Source: Octopus sinensis
Lineage: Eukaryota
Reading direction: 5' to 3'
Length of the DNA stretch: 64,000 nucleotides
Assembly: GCF_006345805.1 (NCBI RefSeq)
Contig: NC_043026.1
Location: forward strand, 9,672,001-9,736,000
The notes beneath the pieces are model-generated. The model did no database searches. It had not been told where the DNA came from and worked only from the letters and a program-made list of their open reading frames with translations. A program made the translations under genes and the position numbers. Positions 28,569 through 44,064 of this stretch are shown piece by piece. How positions within the stretch are numbered: position 1 is the stretch's first letter; each line of letters begins with the position of its first letter.

Positions 28569-29088
28569 TCTATATATATAAAACTGTAGTTGTGTGAGTG
28601 TCTGTCCCCTTCGATTTAGATTCCTAACTATCCCACTATTCTACACATTTTGCGGTGCAGTTTAACCAAACTCGGGTATCTTATAGTCGTGATTCATATC
28701 GAGCCCGTCTGAGTATTAGCGCGCGTCTACGATGAGTCTACGATTTTAAAAATAATTTAACATCATTTTTTATTCCATTTTAATGCATAATTTTTCGTGT
28801 GTCGATGGCGGCGGAGTTGGCGTCCATGCTCAAACACCTGCACCTGTTTGCTTCTCCCCCTCTTCCCTCCCTCGTGAAGCTGTGGGGAAGGGAGTTTAAG
28901 GAAATCAACGTCGTAATGCGTTGTCAAGGAGACCAGCGTTCTTTTAGAACGACTTCATAGCTTGAAGACACCAAAACAGAAATGGCTAAGAAAGCTCGAA
29001 TTGGTATCTATAAGGGAAGTAACTCTCTAAAAATGCTTATATAGTTATTTCCCTTACAAACCCGAGCAACGCCGGGCGATACTGCTAG
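28569..29088 (+). mobile_element. Non-autonomous Helitron (~520 bp)
   Basis: 5' TCTATATATATAAA after an A; 3' hairpin CCCGAGCAACGCCGGG, then CTAG followed by T. Confidence 0.85.
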
Positions 29089-29311
29089 TATATATATATA
29101 TATATATAATAAACCTTTACATATATAAATAACATGAAATACACGAAGGGACGAACATAAGAGACAGACGGGTCATTCAAAGCCTTCGTTCTTCAGTCAG
29201 AAACCGATTCATCATCGCAGATTTCGCCTGTTTAATTCTGAGATCTGCTCTGAATCGGCCAGCCCCAGAAGGAAGAGCGTATATTGTATAACACTCCATT
29301 ATATAATTTCA

Positions 29312-30625
<1,314 letters not shown>

Positions 30626-31059
30626 TATTTTCCTTCTCAAATAACAATGCATATATTTTTCTTGCTTTTGTTCTTGCAATTAACTCTTACAAATACTTCC
30701 ACTGCCGTATTTCTGTCCACTGTTACCTTTCTTTGGCGACATTTATGTAAATTTATATAAGATTAATCAGTACACAAATTCATCGTCTTGGCACTCAAGT
30801 CAATGATTTTTCAGAAATTTTGCTAATCATATCAGATTACAACAAATATTTTCTGCTAAATACATTGACAGAAACAAAACAAAAAAAAAAAATCGGAGAC
30901 ACATTGTAACAGTTGGAGGCTCACTTTGGGAAGTCTTCATAGCACACGATTCTATATTTGTATTGCTGATATTTCTACCAATAACAAACAAAACAATTTG
31001 ATTGACAAACACCAAAGTCTTTATTTTAAGCACAATATATTATTTTGAAACTGATACAG

Positions 31060-32076
31060 TTACTTTTCTGTATGAATACATTTGTGTGTATTAAAGCTGA
31101 TTTTATAAGAGAAAGATTTACCACAGATATCACAAAGATAAGGCTTTTCTCCTGTGTGAATACGGTTGTGTGTGGTCAAGCTATTTTTATGAGAAAATGA
31201 TTTACCACAAATATCACAATGAAATGGCTTCTCCCCTGTATGAATACGACTGTGTTTAGTTAAGTCGCAATTTTGAGAGAATGATTTCCCACAGATATCA
31301 CAGTGATATGGTTTCGCTTGTGTATGAATATATATGTGTTCAGTCAAGCGCTGACTTTGAGAGAATGATTTCCCACAGATATCACAATGATATGGCTTCT
31401 CACCTGTATGAATATATCTGTGAGTTGTTAACGTATGTCTCCGAGAGAACGATTTACCACAGAAATCACAGTGATATGGCTTTTCTCCTGTATGAATGCG
31501 ATTGTGTTTAGTTAAGTCACCATTATGAGAGAAAGATTTACCACAGACATCACAGTGATATGGCTTTTCTCCTGTATGAATACGTACATGTTTAGTTAAG
31601 TCACCATTTTTCGAAAATGATTTCCCACAGATATCACAGTGAAATCGTTTCTCCCCTGTATGAATATATTTGTGTTCGGTTAAGTGCTGCTTTTGAGAGA
31701 ATAATTTACCACATGTTTCACAATGATATGGTTTATCTCCTGTATGAATACGTATATGTATAGTTAAGTTTTTGCGTTGAGAGAAGGATTTACCACAGGT
31801 ATCACAGTGGTATGGTTTCTCACCCGTATGAATATATTCATGAGTAGTTAAGACATGTCTCTGAGAGAATGATTTGCCACAGATGTCACAATGATACGGT
31901 CTATCTCCTGTATGAATACGTTCATGTCTAATGAGGTGACTCTTTTTAGAAAATATCTTGTTACAAATATCACACTGGTGTGGAGTTTTATCTGTTCCTT
32001 TCTTTGTACCATCAGGAGAATCAATTCTTTTAGATTCCCTTTTAAATTCAACGTTCTCATACAATTCATTTTCCAT
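31060..32076 (-). CDS. C2H2 zinc-finger protein, 338 aa, 11 fingers (unit 5, divergent paralogue)
   Basis: Uninterrupted ORF with 11 C-x2-C-x12-H-x3-H units and TGEKPY linkers. A splice acceptor homologous to the other units lies at ~32400. Confidence 0.9.
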   Translation of the reverse strand: MENELYENVEFKRESKRIDSPDGTKKGTDKTPHQCDICNKIFSKKSHLIRHERIHTGDRPYHCDICGKSFSQRHVLTTHEYIHTGEKPYHCDTCGKSFSQRKNLTIHIRIHTGDKPYHCETCGKLFSQKQHLTEHKYIHTGEKRFHCDICGKSFSKNGDLTKHVRIHTGEKPYHCDVCGKSFSHNGDLTKHNRIHTGEKPYHCDFCGKSFSRRHTLTTHRYIHTGEKPYHCDICGKSFSQSQRLTEHIYIHTQAKPYHCDICGKSFSQNCDLTKHSRIHTGEKPFHCDICGKSFSHKNSLTTHNRIHTGEKPYLCDICGKSFSYKISFNTHKCIHTEK

Positions 32077-32663
32077 AATTAAGCTTCTCTAAACACAACA
32101 CAGAGATGTTTATCTCTTTTAATTTTTATAGTTGATTTCAAACAGATACTTATGTTTACACTGCTATATTTCATCAACAGTGTTCTTTGTTGCTGCCTGA
32201 AGATTCTGCAAATGTCTTTGTAATTCTAGTTCAGTAAGAAGGCAAAATCATCTTGTAATTATTCCAGATAGTGAAGCTGAGAAATGTTGCTATTAATCGC
32301 GAAACAGTGTTGTATATGTTCTGTGTATAACACCTTCCTTTAATCTTTAACAGATGACAAATACTGCTAGTGTATTTGATGCCAATGTCATGAGATATTC
32401 TGAAATGATAGACAAAACAAGAACTTTGTAAGACACAGAAGATACTTAAAATGTAGTGGAACACTCTCAAGTTATCATCTACTCACCCCACCCTGCCTCT
32501 TGCCTACCTTCCATCCAACTCATCATTGATCTCCCTTCCCAATCTACGGCCAACATCTTCACTCTCCCACATTCTATGCAACCCATTTTGTCATAGACAA
32601 ACCTCCATCACTTAGATCCTTGTTTCTCATTCAGTATACTTGGAATTTTCATGAAGTATTTAA

Positions 32664-32883
32664 CCCTTTTGATACCAACCTGGCCAAAACCACCTTGCTC
32701 TGTCGTACAAATGTCTTGTTTTCATAAGTTTTGAATTAAAATCTTCCACCAAACCTTAGTCACAATTTATGTTCCCAATACTAGCTTAATGATAACTAAG
32801 TTATTTTACTAAATTCTTTGTTATATTTAAAATTAATTGATAGAAACAATGAGCATCTCAAAATAAATACGGTAACGAAAGGG
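32664..32883. mobile_element. piggyBac-like MITE
   Basis: TTAA-CCCTTTTG ... CGAAAGGG-TTAA. Confidence 0.75.
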
Positions 32884-33599
32884 TTAATAAAGCAAGGGTG
32901 GAGATTTACTGTGCTAAAACCCTGAACACAGAAGAAACAGTCCTTTATTGGAAAAAGGTAGCTGAAAAAAGTTATATAATATATATATAGGCGCAGGAGT
33001 GGCTGTGTGGTAAGTAGCTTGCTAACCAACCACATGGTTCCGGGTTCAGTCCCACTGCGTGGTATCTTGGGCAAGCGTCTTCTGCTATAGCCTCGGGCCG
33101 ACCAAAGCCTTGTGAGTAGATTTGGTAGACAGAAACTGAAAGAAGCCTGTCGTGTATATGTATATATATATATGTATGTGTTTGTCCCCCTAGCATTGCT
33201 TGACAACCGATGCTGGTGTGTTTACGTCCCCGTCACTTAGCGGTTCGGCAAAAGAGACCAATAGAATAAGTACTGGGCTTACAAAGAATAAGTCCCGGGG
33301 TCGATTTGCTCGACTAAAGGCGGTGCTCCAGCATGGCCGCAGTCAAATGACTGAAACGAGTAAAAGAGAGTAAAGACTCGTTTTCGGTAAGCAGTTGGAA
33401 ATGCAGAAAACGGAAGGGGCAGAACCTCAAAAATTCCCCTTCCAGACCCCGTCTTAATATCATCACACTTAGAGCCTTCTGGTGCAGTTCTTGCTCTCTT
33501 GGTGTGGGTAATGTAAAGTGGTTGGTGGAGCTATATGGAGTTGGAATCATCATCAACATCTGTTTTGTCAAAATTATCATCATTAGATGTAGAGAGGGA

Positions 33600-33840
33600 A
33601 TGCCTGGAGAGTCTGGGTAAGAGTCAGTGTTGGTGAGGGGACTAGGGTTGGTGCAAGAGACCCACAAAACCTCCTGAAGAAAGTAGTTATCATTGACTGC
33701 TTACTTGATGCTTGTTGTTCCCTATAAAGTTCTTTGTTGAGTGCAATGCCATGATCTAGAATAGCAGTCACGGCTCGTTTCCCCTCAAAACTTGGAGCTG
33801 TTTCATGTAGGAGGTCAGTCAATTGCTCATAGTTGGATAT
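33600..33840 (-). mobile_element. Possible pogo/Tigger transposase C-terminal relic
   Basis: ...RAVTAILDHGIALNKELYREQQASSKQSMITTFF resembles the Tigger C-terminal Y.E.Y.EK....KQ..I..FF pattern. Confidence 0.4.
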
Positions 33841-35479
33841 TACTCTTTTACATACATATATATATATATACGTATACACGACAGGCTTCTTTCTCTCTTT
33901 TACTCGTTTCAGTCATTTGACTGCGGCCATGCTGGAGCACCGCCTTTAGTCGAGCAAATCGACCCCGGGACTTATTCTTTGTAAGCTCAGTACTTATTCT
34001 GTCGGTCTCTTTTGCCGAACCGCTAAGTGACGGGGACGTAAACACACCAGCATCGGTTGTCAAGCAATGCTAGGGGGACAAACACACACACAAACATATA
34101 TATACAAAGGCATTGGTCAGCCCGAGGCTATAGTAGAAGGCACTTGCCCAAGATGCCACGCAGTGGGACTGAACCCGGAACCATGTGGTTGGTAAGGAAG
34201 CTGCTTATCACACAGCCACTCCTGAGTCTGGTGTGAAACTATAAATTTGCCTTATCAACAGTGATTCTTGGGCGGCTTACAAAGGCATACAAACATTGGG
34301 TTATCAACATTACGTGAACAACTTGGTTAAATTTTGCTAACGCCACACATGCACACATACACTGCACGCCCCCCCCCAAAAAAAAACCGCGGGGAAATCG
34401 GGTGTGGTGTGAAGCTATAAATGTACCGAAAATTTTAGCGAATTTGTGTTCTACACACGAGAAATCATACGATTATGCCAAAACTAAACAAAGCCAAATT
34501 TATGCGTGTGATTTAAGGGGTATTTAGCTGTTATTTTTAGTACATCTCACGACCACCTCATACTGTACTCGTTTGTCGGCGATGTTTCGCTTGTCGAATT
34601 CCGCCAAAAAATCTTGTCTGTTGTAAGACTTCCCACCGGATAATCTTTTGAAGGGTTGCACTAAGGGAAAACGATCTTAAAATAAAAATGTAAGAAATTA
34701 TCTTGTCTACTTACAATTTGATTAAACTTTTAATCTTCAAATAGTTCCCTCAATCGTATTTTTCATACAATAGTCGAAATCTACTCAGAGAATTCGTTAA
34801 TTTCAGATGAGAAGGGAACAAAGATTAAATTTCTGCCAGAATTATCCCAGGAAAGAGGTTCCTAACGGGGAATGTGTAAAAACGTTATGGCTTATTTGCA
34901 ATACTGAAACGAATTAATTTTTTTGTTATAGCAAAGAAAAACATTTTCATTAATGTTTTGATAATGAAAATGTCACAAGAGATTTTGTCTGGCATGCTAA
35001 CGATTCTAAAAACCTCGCTTGCCTTATTCTGTCGGACGAATAATGATAAAACGAAAACCCTGCAGGGAAATGCAAAAATAGAATTGTGTAAACAGATTAA
35101 GCGGAACGAATAGGTATATACTAAAGAAGTCGATAATTAAATAATCTGTTTTATAATCGGTTAGTATTTTATTTTTATTTATTAAAAAAAATTAACACTT
35201 TTATGGAATAGTGGCTGATATACCAGAAATAAAAGAGGAAGTGTTGTGAGGTGAAGAAACGGCAGGTTTGATTGTCCTTCCACCCTTACCTTCTATTGAG
35301 TAAATGAAGAAAGATATCAGCGGAGACTATTTAGTAGTAGCAGCCACACTAGTAGTAAATGCAGACAATGCAAATAACACCGAACAGCAGACAATTTTTT
35401 TCTTTCTTTTTCAAATTTTTTATATCGTTTATTTTCATTTTAACAGACAAAATATATTCAAAACCAGGCAAATTCGGTT

Positions 35480-36030
35480 TTTTTTTCTTAATTGTTACGC
35501 GTGTCTAAAATTATTAGTTTTGTTTTTGTTTTGAGTTTTTGCTTTCGTTTTTTTTTTCTTAATTGTTATCCTTAAATTAATTTAACAATTAAGAAAAAAA
35601 AACGAAAGGCTAAAATTTAGGGTTAGGGTTTAAAATTAATTTGTTACGCGTGTCTAAAATTATTCGTTTTGTTTTTGTTTCGAGTTTTTGCTTTCGTTTT
35701 TTTTTTTTCCTTAATTGTTAAATTAAAAATTATTTTCCATTGCTTTCGTTTTTTTTCTTAATTGTTATCCTTAAATTAATTTAATAATTAAGAAAAAAAA
35801 ACGAAAGGCTAAAATTTAGGGTTAGGGTGCGGGTTAGTGACAGGATGTTGTCTGTTTTAGACGCAGCAAATGATTTTAGCTCAATAGAGGGCATAGGATT
35901 GGTTAAAATTTGAAAAATTAAACTACGTTAAACTTACAAATTACAATTTTCTCAAGAAAGCCAAGAGAAAAAAATGTTTTATTTTGACACATTCTAGTTA
36001 ACTAGAAATTATGTTGAAAACTGCTGCTCA
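35480..36030. repeat. Low-complexity duplicated/palindromic DNA with TTAGGG doublets plus a fragment of the 4894-7589 foldback family (another fragment at 61894-62130)
   Basis: TTGTTACGCGTGTCTAAAATTATT occurs twice and TTTAGGGTTAGGG twice. 35830-36020 is the reverse complement of much of 61930-62125. Confidence 0.65.
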
Positions 36031-36830
36031 CCAACCACTAATCTATCCCTAGCTTCCAGGTTGACCACTAAGGAAGTAAGGAACCCTGTCAAGGCTTTTT
36101 CCATTTCAGTAAAAGCCAAATACAGAGATTTATTCTTCTCTAAATTTTTCTTCAGCAGTTGCCTTATTAAAAAGGTAGCATCAATATGCTTTTCCCTGGC
36201 ACAAAACGAAACTGCATCTCATCTAGACTAACACTCTTCTTAATAAGTTGGGCATTGACCCTGACAAAATCAAGGTGGAATTGAAAAGGACCATACTCTC
36301 CTTGAAAACCTAGCAAAAATGAAGGAAGCATTTCAAAATAAACAATAAATATATAGCGGTTCGGCAAAAGAGACCGATAGAATAAGTACTGGGCTTACAA
36401 AGAATAAGTCCCGGGGTCGATTTGCTTGACTAAAGGCAGTGCTCCAGCATGGCTGCAGTTAAATGACTGAAACAAGTAAAAATAAACTGTGGAAGTGATA
36501 TTCAACAAAGACCCATGTGTAGGGTTGGCAGAAGGAGCACTTTCAGAACAAAGATCCCTACGTTATGGAAAAGGGAATTAAAGTAGGGGAGGGGATTAGG
36601 AGTAAATTCTAAACAAAAAAACAAGAAAGAAACTGAAATTTTTGGAAAAACTTTATTTTAACAGTTGCAGTATGGAAGACGTTTATAAGCCATTTAAGAA
36701 CACACAAAAAAAACCATTAGATTAACTTCAACATTTAAATTTAATTTGCGTCAAAATATTTTCATCGTTTTGAGACCGCAACCAGACACAACTACATAAA
36801 ACAGAAGTTTACGAAAGAAACCAATACAAA

Positions 36831-38161
<1,331 letters not shown>

Positions 38162-39369
38162 TATTTTTCTCCTTGAATCACAATGTATTTATATATTGTT
38201 CCAGTTTTCCTTCTTATAGTTCACTCTTTACAAAGAATTTGTTTTGTACATCGTTTTCTGTCAGTCTTCAAAGATGATAAATATTGAGGATGTATCTTCA
38301 GTTGTCCCAACGTCATCTGATATTCTGAAATTATAAAGAAATATCAGTGTAAGATATGGAGGCCACTTAAAAAAACACAGATTCAAAAGTGGAAAATTTA
38401 CAGAAATAAACTGTAGAAATAAATATTTACCTGAACAACTGAACTTATAATGTGACAATATTGTTTAGCCCTAAGCTATCTCTGACTGAGCAGATATATG
38501 ATTAAAAACATTCCATCCAGTCTTTTTCTCCGGCGTTGTATATCTGGGACTACATGATCCAATAGTCTTCAATATACATAAATGAAAGGTGAAATTTAAG
38601 GGAAATGTGCTGTTATTTCTAGCAGGTCTTGTGACCACATAGAGAGCTAAGAAGAAAACTATGTTGTTTTTGATTTGGGGTTCAGTCCCACAGTGCTGCA
38701 CCTTAGGTCTCTTCTGCTATAGCATCAGTGCAATCAAAGTCCTCTGAGTGGATTTGGTAGATAAGTTAATTTTTGGCTCAAAAAGCAAGGCCATGTAAGG
38801 GGACATGGAGTTATGTATAGGGTGGTGTTCATGCAAAGAGTTCAGGCCATTTGTGGTCAAGGGAGACTTTGAACCGAGTGGTCGTTGGCATCTTCACTAT
38901 CTCGTCCGGCAGCTTATTCCACAGATCCGCAACCCGGATGGAGAAAGCCCCTCTCCTTCGATTGAGATGAAATCGGCGTAGATAGAGCTTTTCGGAGTGA
39001 CCCCCACAGCCGACGCTCTGGAGCAGGAGTGAAGAACAGCTCTTTCGAGAGGTTACACTTTCCGCTTATGATGTTGTGAGCAAGAATGAGATCACCACGG
39101 TGTCGTCGTTTTTCTAGAGAATTCTTCTCTAGAGAAGCCTTTCTTCATAAGACAAATACTTGAGACCAAGAACCATGCGGGTAGCCAGCTTCTGGACTCT
39201 TTCGAGATGCTGTAAAACGGAGAGACAACTGTCATGTGTGTTCTTGCTCTGACATACCAAATCATCAATGTCATTTGATTTCCATCTTCCATAGAAACAG
39301 GTCTGAACATTGGGAAATATTCATTTCTACTCTAGGCACAAGGCCTGAAATTTTGGGGGGTTGGTGGGG

Positions 39370-39540
39370 GGGGCAGTCAATTAGATCGACCCCAGTATGC
39401 AACTGGTACTTAATTGACCCAGAAAGGGTGAAAAACAAAGTCGACCTTGTCAGAATTTGAACTCAGAACATAAAGACAGACCAAATACTACTAAGCACTT
39501 TGCCCAGTGTGCTAACGTTTCTGCCAGCTTGCCACCTTAA
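39370..39540 (-). mobile_element. SINE family B, diverged. Other copies: 58828-59060 -, 60207-60620 + (dimer), 61715-61860 +
   Basis: GAATTTGAACTCAGAAC B box and TGCCAGCTTGCCACCTT head. Confidence 0.8.
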
Positions 39541-39871
39541 CATTGGGATATATTACCTTCCTTGAAAGCTAGTGAGGGTTGGTGACAGGAATGGCGTTTG
39601 TCCATAACAATTCTATCTCTATGGATTCTGTCTGACCCAGGCAGCAAGTATGGAAAAGTACCATTTAAATTGACAATGATGATGGCTTACTCTTTACTCT
39701 TTTACTTGTTTCAGTCATTTGATTGCGGCCATGCTGGAGCACCGCCTTTAGTCGAGCAACTTATTCTTTTGTAAGCCTAGTACTTATTCTATCGGTCTCT
39801 TTTGCCGAACCGCTAGGTAACGGGGACATAAACACACCAGCATCGGTTGTCATGCAATGCTAGGGGGACAA

Positions 39872-39904
<33 letters not shown>

Positions 39905-40304
39905 CGACGGGCTTCTTTCAGTGTCCGTCTACCAAATCCACTCACAAGGCATTGGTCGGCACGAGGCTATAGCAGAAGACACTTGCCCAAGATGCCACGC
40001 AGTGGGACTGAACCCGGAACCATGTGGTTGGTAAACAAGCTACTTACCACACTGCCACTCCTGCGCCTTAATTATATTCAGTTTATGGAGTGGCTTTTCT
40101 TGTCACCGACTTCTTTCGACAAATATCATTGTTAAAACAAACAACAAGCTAACGGGAAAACGAATGTAGAATGTAGAAGGTAGCTTTCATAGCTAGAAAC
40201 AGCTGTCAAATCTCGCACAAATCAGAGACATCTCTCATGCATAAATGATGAGACACAACGAATCGAAAGTCAACAGAATTACAAGACTAAATATTTTCAT
40301 TGTT

Positions 40305-40455
40305 TGATACTTACGGAAATATTTCGTGTACTTTAAATGCGTGGGTGTGTTCAGAAACGTGTCAAAAGTGATAGCAGAAGTTAATTAAGAGAAATTCACG
40401 CACCGAACGAACAAGTGGAGGTGAATACGGAAGTACAATTAATGCGCATGCGTGT
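40305..40455 (-). promoter_or_regulatory. Promoter / exon-1 block of ZNF unit 6
   Basis: Donor ATTTCC|GTAAGT (ACTTAC at 40309-40314); CGGAAGTACAATTAATGCGCATGCG at ~40427-40452. Confidence 0.65.
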
Positions 40456-41094
40456 CTATATTATAATTGTACGGGCGGTAACTCCTGTAAAAAAAAAAAA
40501 AAACCTTAGTTTCAGTGTAAAGCCATCGTAACGAAACTACAGATTTCTGCCCCTCACCACCGATTTTGGATAATCATAACTTTCAGAAAATAAATATTTG
40601 TAAATGAAATTTTCTACGAAAATGTGTTATTTCATGGAAATTCTGAATATACCAAATTTTGGGTAAATTTAGTTGCACACCAGATTCGATTTCGGTAGTA
40701 AATAATTTTGCTAGCCACGGTTTTTTGGGGGTGCAGTCGTCTTAGTTGACCTCGTAAGCTGTCGGAAATGCATTTTTACCGTGGAAAACGGAGGAGGTGG
40801 GGGTAGAGTGGAACCACGGAAATTCCCTTTTCCAACCCCGTGTCCTGCGTCTTTTTTTTTTCTTTGTCGCAATCGTCTTAATTGACCCCATATGTGTGGG
40901 AAATGCATTTTGTCTGTGGAAAACGGGGGGGGGAGACAGAACCTAGGGTAGTCCTGTATATCCTATGTTTCCGGATTTGTGCTGGAATCGATCCTTTACA
41001 GGCGATCTGGGAGGGGTGTATATAATTCTGAAACTAGAATTAGTACTCATTCTTTTAATCATGACCTCTACAAACGATGTTGATTTTAATTTCT

Positions 41095-41345
41095 TATTCT
41101 AGCAGCTACACTCTCAGAGCTACTGACTTGATCACCTACGTAACGGAAGCTATCAACGACTTCTAGTTTTTTTCCCCTGGCATGTGACGGAAGCTGTTTT
41201 CTACACATTTTCAGTATTTATTGCCCCTGAGCATTTGCCACACACAAAAACTATCTTTCCAGTTAGCCTTCCTTTAATATTGCTGCACCTCTTATGTGTC
41301 TATAACTGACACCAGGTACATCTTAGGGAATTTCTATCTACACCT
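41095..41345 (-). mobile_element. Internal fragment of the RTE LINE family
   Basis: Colinear with 49230-49480 (CACCTAGGTAGCGGAAGCTATC...GCTGCACCTCTTATGTGTC). Confidence 0.75.
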
Positions 41346-42007
41346 TTAAATGATGATGATGATGATGATGATGACGCTACCGGGTACCACACGCTACTTC
41401 ACCAGATAACAATAGACTAAATGTTTAAAAGAGATAATGCGTGCTAGCTGTCAAATACTTCGCATAAGAGATACACTTTGATGATGCATTTAAGAAACAA
41501 ATGCTTTACATTTGAGAGGCTGTAAATATAAACACTCGTGTGTGTGTGTGTGTGTGTAGGTGCAATTACCTTCCCTGACGGTGGCTGCCTAATTAGCTAG
41601 CCATTAGCAGGTACATGCAACATTAACGTTCAGACACTCACTTCTTGTTCTTTTGTATCGGGACTTCAGAGAGCAAAGACATGATCTAGTTGGCTCTCTA
41701 GCACACCCGTGGCAGCAAGCAAATGAGGTTATGCGGAAGAAGCACATGGCCACCACTCATCAAACTCTTTCCATTGTCATTCAACTTCTATATATATTCG
41801 AGGCCGATATTGAAGGTATTTAAAGTTACAGCATTGTTCTATGTATTTCTTTGTACCGCGTTCCTATCAAATGATATCTCAGCCTTCTGAACAGAGTCAT
41901 CTTTAGATCGTCAAAACACATTCAACCAGCCAAAATGTGACCTCGTGTGTACCGTTGGTGATTTTTTTCCCTCTGCCTTCCCTTCTCTTGATCTTTCCTT
42001 CTCCTAT

Positions 42008-42042
42008 GTTTCCGACGAAGAGCTCCGCTCGAAACGTTAAAC
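42008..42042 (+). ncRNA. Minimal type I hammerhead ribozyme-like motif within a Penelope-like terminal repeat (~41880-42090)
   Basis: GTTT-CCGACGA-A-GAGC(TCC)GCTC-GAAA-CGT-T-AAAC: stem I GTTT/AAAC, stem II GAGC/GCTC, and a palindromic ACGT stem III. The core has C in place of U4. Confidence 0.55.
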
Positions 42043-42119
42043 CCTCCTTCTTCCCTTCTTTCCTGAGCATCCAATAATACTATATTACAAATATCTTGGG
42101 TCATACATATCATCATCTG

Positions 42120-42655
42120 GAAAAGACTTTCTAACTAGAAAGGGTATGGCCTGGTCAGCCTGTAATGATATGCATAAGATCTGGTCATCAAATCTAAGTA
42201 GAGACTTCAAACTTGAAATCTTGAAAGCCACAGTCAAACCAATTCAACTATATGGCTCAGAAACCTGGATGTTATCAAAGAAGCTCGAGAGGCGGTTGGA
42301 TGGAACCTACACTCGCCTCCTTATGAGAGCTCAAAATCTCTCGTGGAAGCGTCATCCAACCAAAATGCAAATATATGGGAAACTACCACCTGTGTCATCT
42401 CTTGTGAAAGGTAAGAGAGTCCAGTTTGCTGGATATTGTTGTAGAACTGAAAACGAGGCAATTTCTACTCTTCTCCTCTGGAAGCCATCTACTCGCGATA
42501 CCAGAAGGTGCACACTCTCCTACCCTGATGTAATCTCCAGGGATACAGGCATCCAGCAACAAGACCCCCGTAATGCCATGATGGACCATGAAGTCTGGCG
42601 TAGCATGGTAAATTCCATTGTCTCGACCACGGTCGAACAATGATGATGATGATAT
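42120..42655 (+). mobile_element. 3' end of a second RTE-group LINE with (TGA)n tail
   Basis: ORF 42146-42643 contains LYGSETW..., RVQFAGYCCR and a terminal W-R motif, followed by a TGATGATGATGA tail. Confidence 0.8.
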
Positions 42656-42749
42656 TTGTTCCACGTCCTCGCGTTGTTATGTTTTTGTGTTTTCTTGTTT
42701 GGATTAACATCTAAATATATATATATGCGTGTGTGTGTGTGTGTATCCG

Positions 42750-43520
42750 TTTCAGTTCAAAGCTATAGCAATGCTGGGGCATCACCATTTTGTTACAGTG
42801 TTATTATAGAAAGCCTCCTCTGATATGTGCCATTTGGTGACGAAGGGCATTTGATGATACTGCCCTCATTTGTGCCTCCTGCTGTGAGATGGGTTCATCT
42901 GGGACTCTCGACAGGAAGAGATCCATTTTTGTTGTGAAAACATCTACATCCACTTTGTGCCGGTCTCTCAGGTTCTTTGGGAGAATCTTAAAAAGCTGTG
43001 AGCCCTTGAAATATAGGTTGTTGCAGTAACTGGTCCTGAACTGCAATGGCACTGTTGGGATCTGTAACACTGTGCAGTGGAGAACTGTTCTGGCATTTGT
43101 GTAGCTGTCAATGCCAAAATTTGGCACAACCCTTTCCAGGATCTTCAAGGTCTATATTTCTGCCTATCTCTCCCACCTTCCCTCCAGATAGTAGAATATT
43201 AGCTGTTTCAGCCTTTCCCAGTAGCTGAACTGTTGCAATGAGACGACCTTCTTTGTAAACCTTTGCTGGATTGCTTCAAGGTCTGTTGTTAATTTTACAC
43301 TCTGGGATGACCATAGTTGGGACCAATAGTCAAGGCGGCTGGGGAAAAATATCCTCTACAGGATCATCAAAGTTTCTTTCACTCTGGATCTGAAGATTCT
43401 CAAGATCCATCCAACCAGCAAGCTGGCTGCACTTTCTCACCATCTTGGTAATGTGCACTTGGAAAGAGATATCATCACATCTTACTTCTTTCCACAAGGC
43501 CTTAGAGTTAACTCTGCTGC
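42750..43520 (-). mobile_element. 3' part of a CR1/L2-group LINE (3' end also at 28035-28140 and ~44595-44640)
   Basis: KGSQLFKILPKNLR...FTTKMDLFLSRVPDEP...SSNAL C-terminal pattern. The upstream frame contains LERRRL-like and WSPT-like relics. Confidence 0.7.
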
Positions 43521-43544
43521 CTACATTGAGGTCCTGGAAATAAT

Positions 43545-44030
43545 TGATAACTCCTGGGTAGACAGTGTATGCAATGGAAGGCCATATGTGTTTCAGTAAG
43601 ACTCTGCACTATCACACATGGGTCTAGTAACACAGGAATGGGTGGCTGAAAATTGTCCTGATCACATAACCCCGTAACATTTGGCCCCCGTATTCCCCTG
43701 ATCTCAATCTATTTCACTATTACATGTGCAGCATTGTTGAGAGAGTGGTCAATGAACATGCCCATAACACCAAAGATTCTTTGAAAACTGCCATATTCAG
43801 AGTAATGTCCAAAATGAACCAGGACCACTTGATTCAAGCATGTAGATGATTTAGATCTCATACAGAAGCAGTTGTTGAAGCTGAAGGTGGCTTTATTGGG
43901 TATACAAATCTGCTCTCAAATATCTTATGCACCCTATTTTGTCATAATCCAGGTTTTTTTTGTGCACTGGGCCACTTGGTGTTAAATGGATGTACTATTA
44001 AATTAGTATCCAATTTTCTCACCCTTATCA
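43545..44030 (+). mobile_element. Tc1/mariner (maT/DD37D-like) transposase C-terminal relic
   Basis: Translates as PWVDSVCNGRPYVFQ*DSALSH...WPPYSPDLN...YY...EAVVEAEGGFI, with stops and a frameshift. Confidence 0.75.
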
Positions 44031-44064
44031 GTTAGTTATATATATATATATATATATATATATA

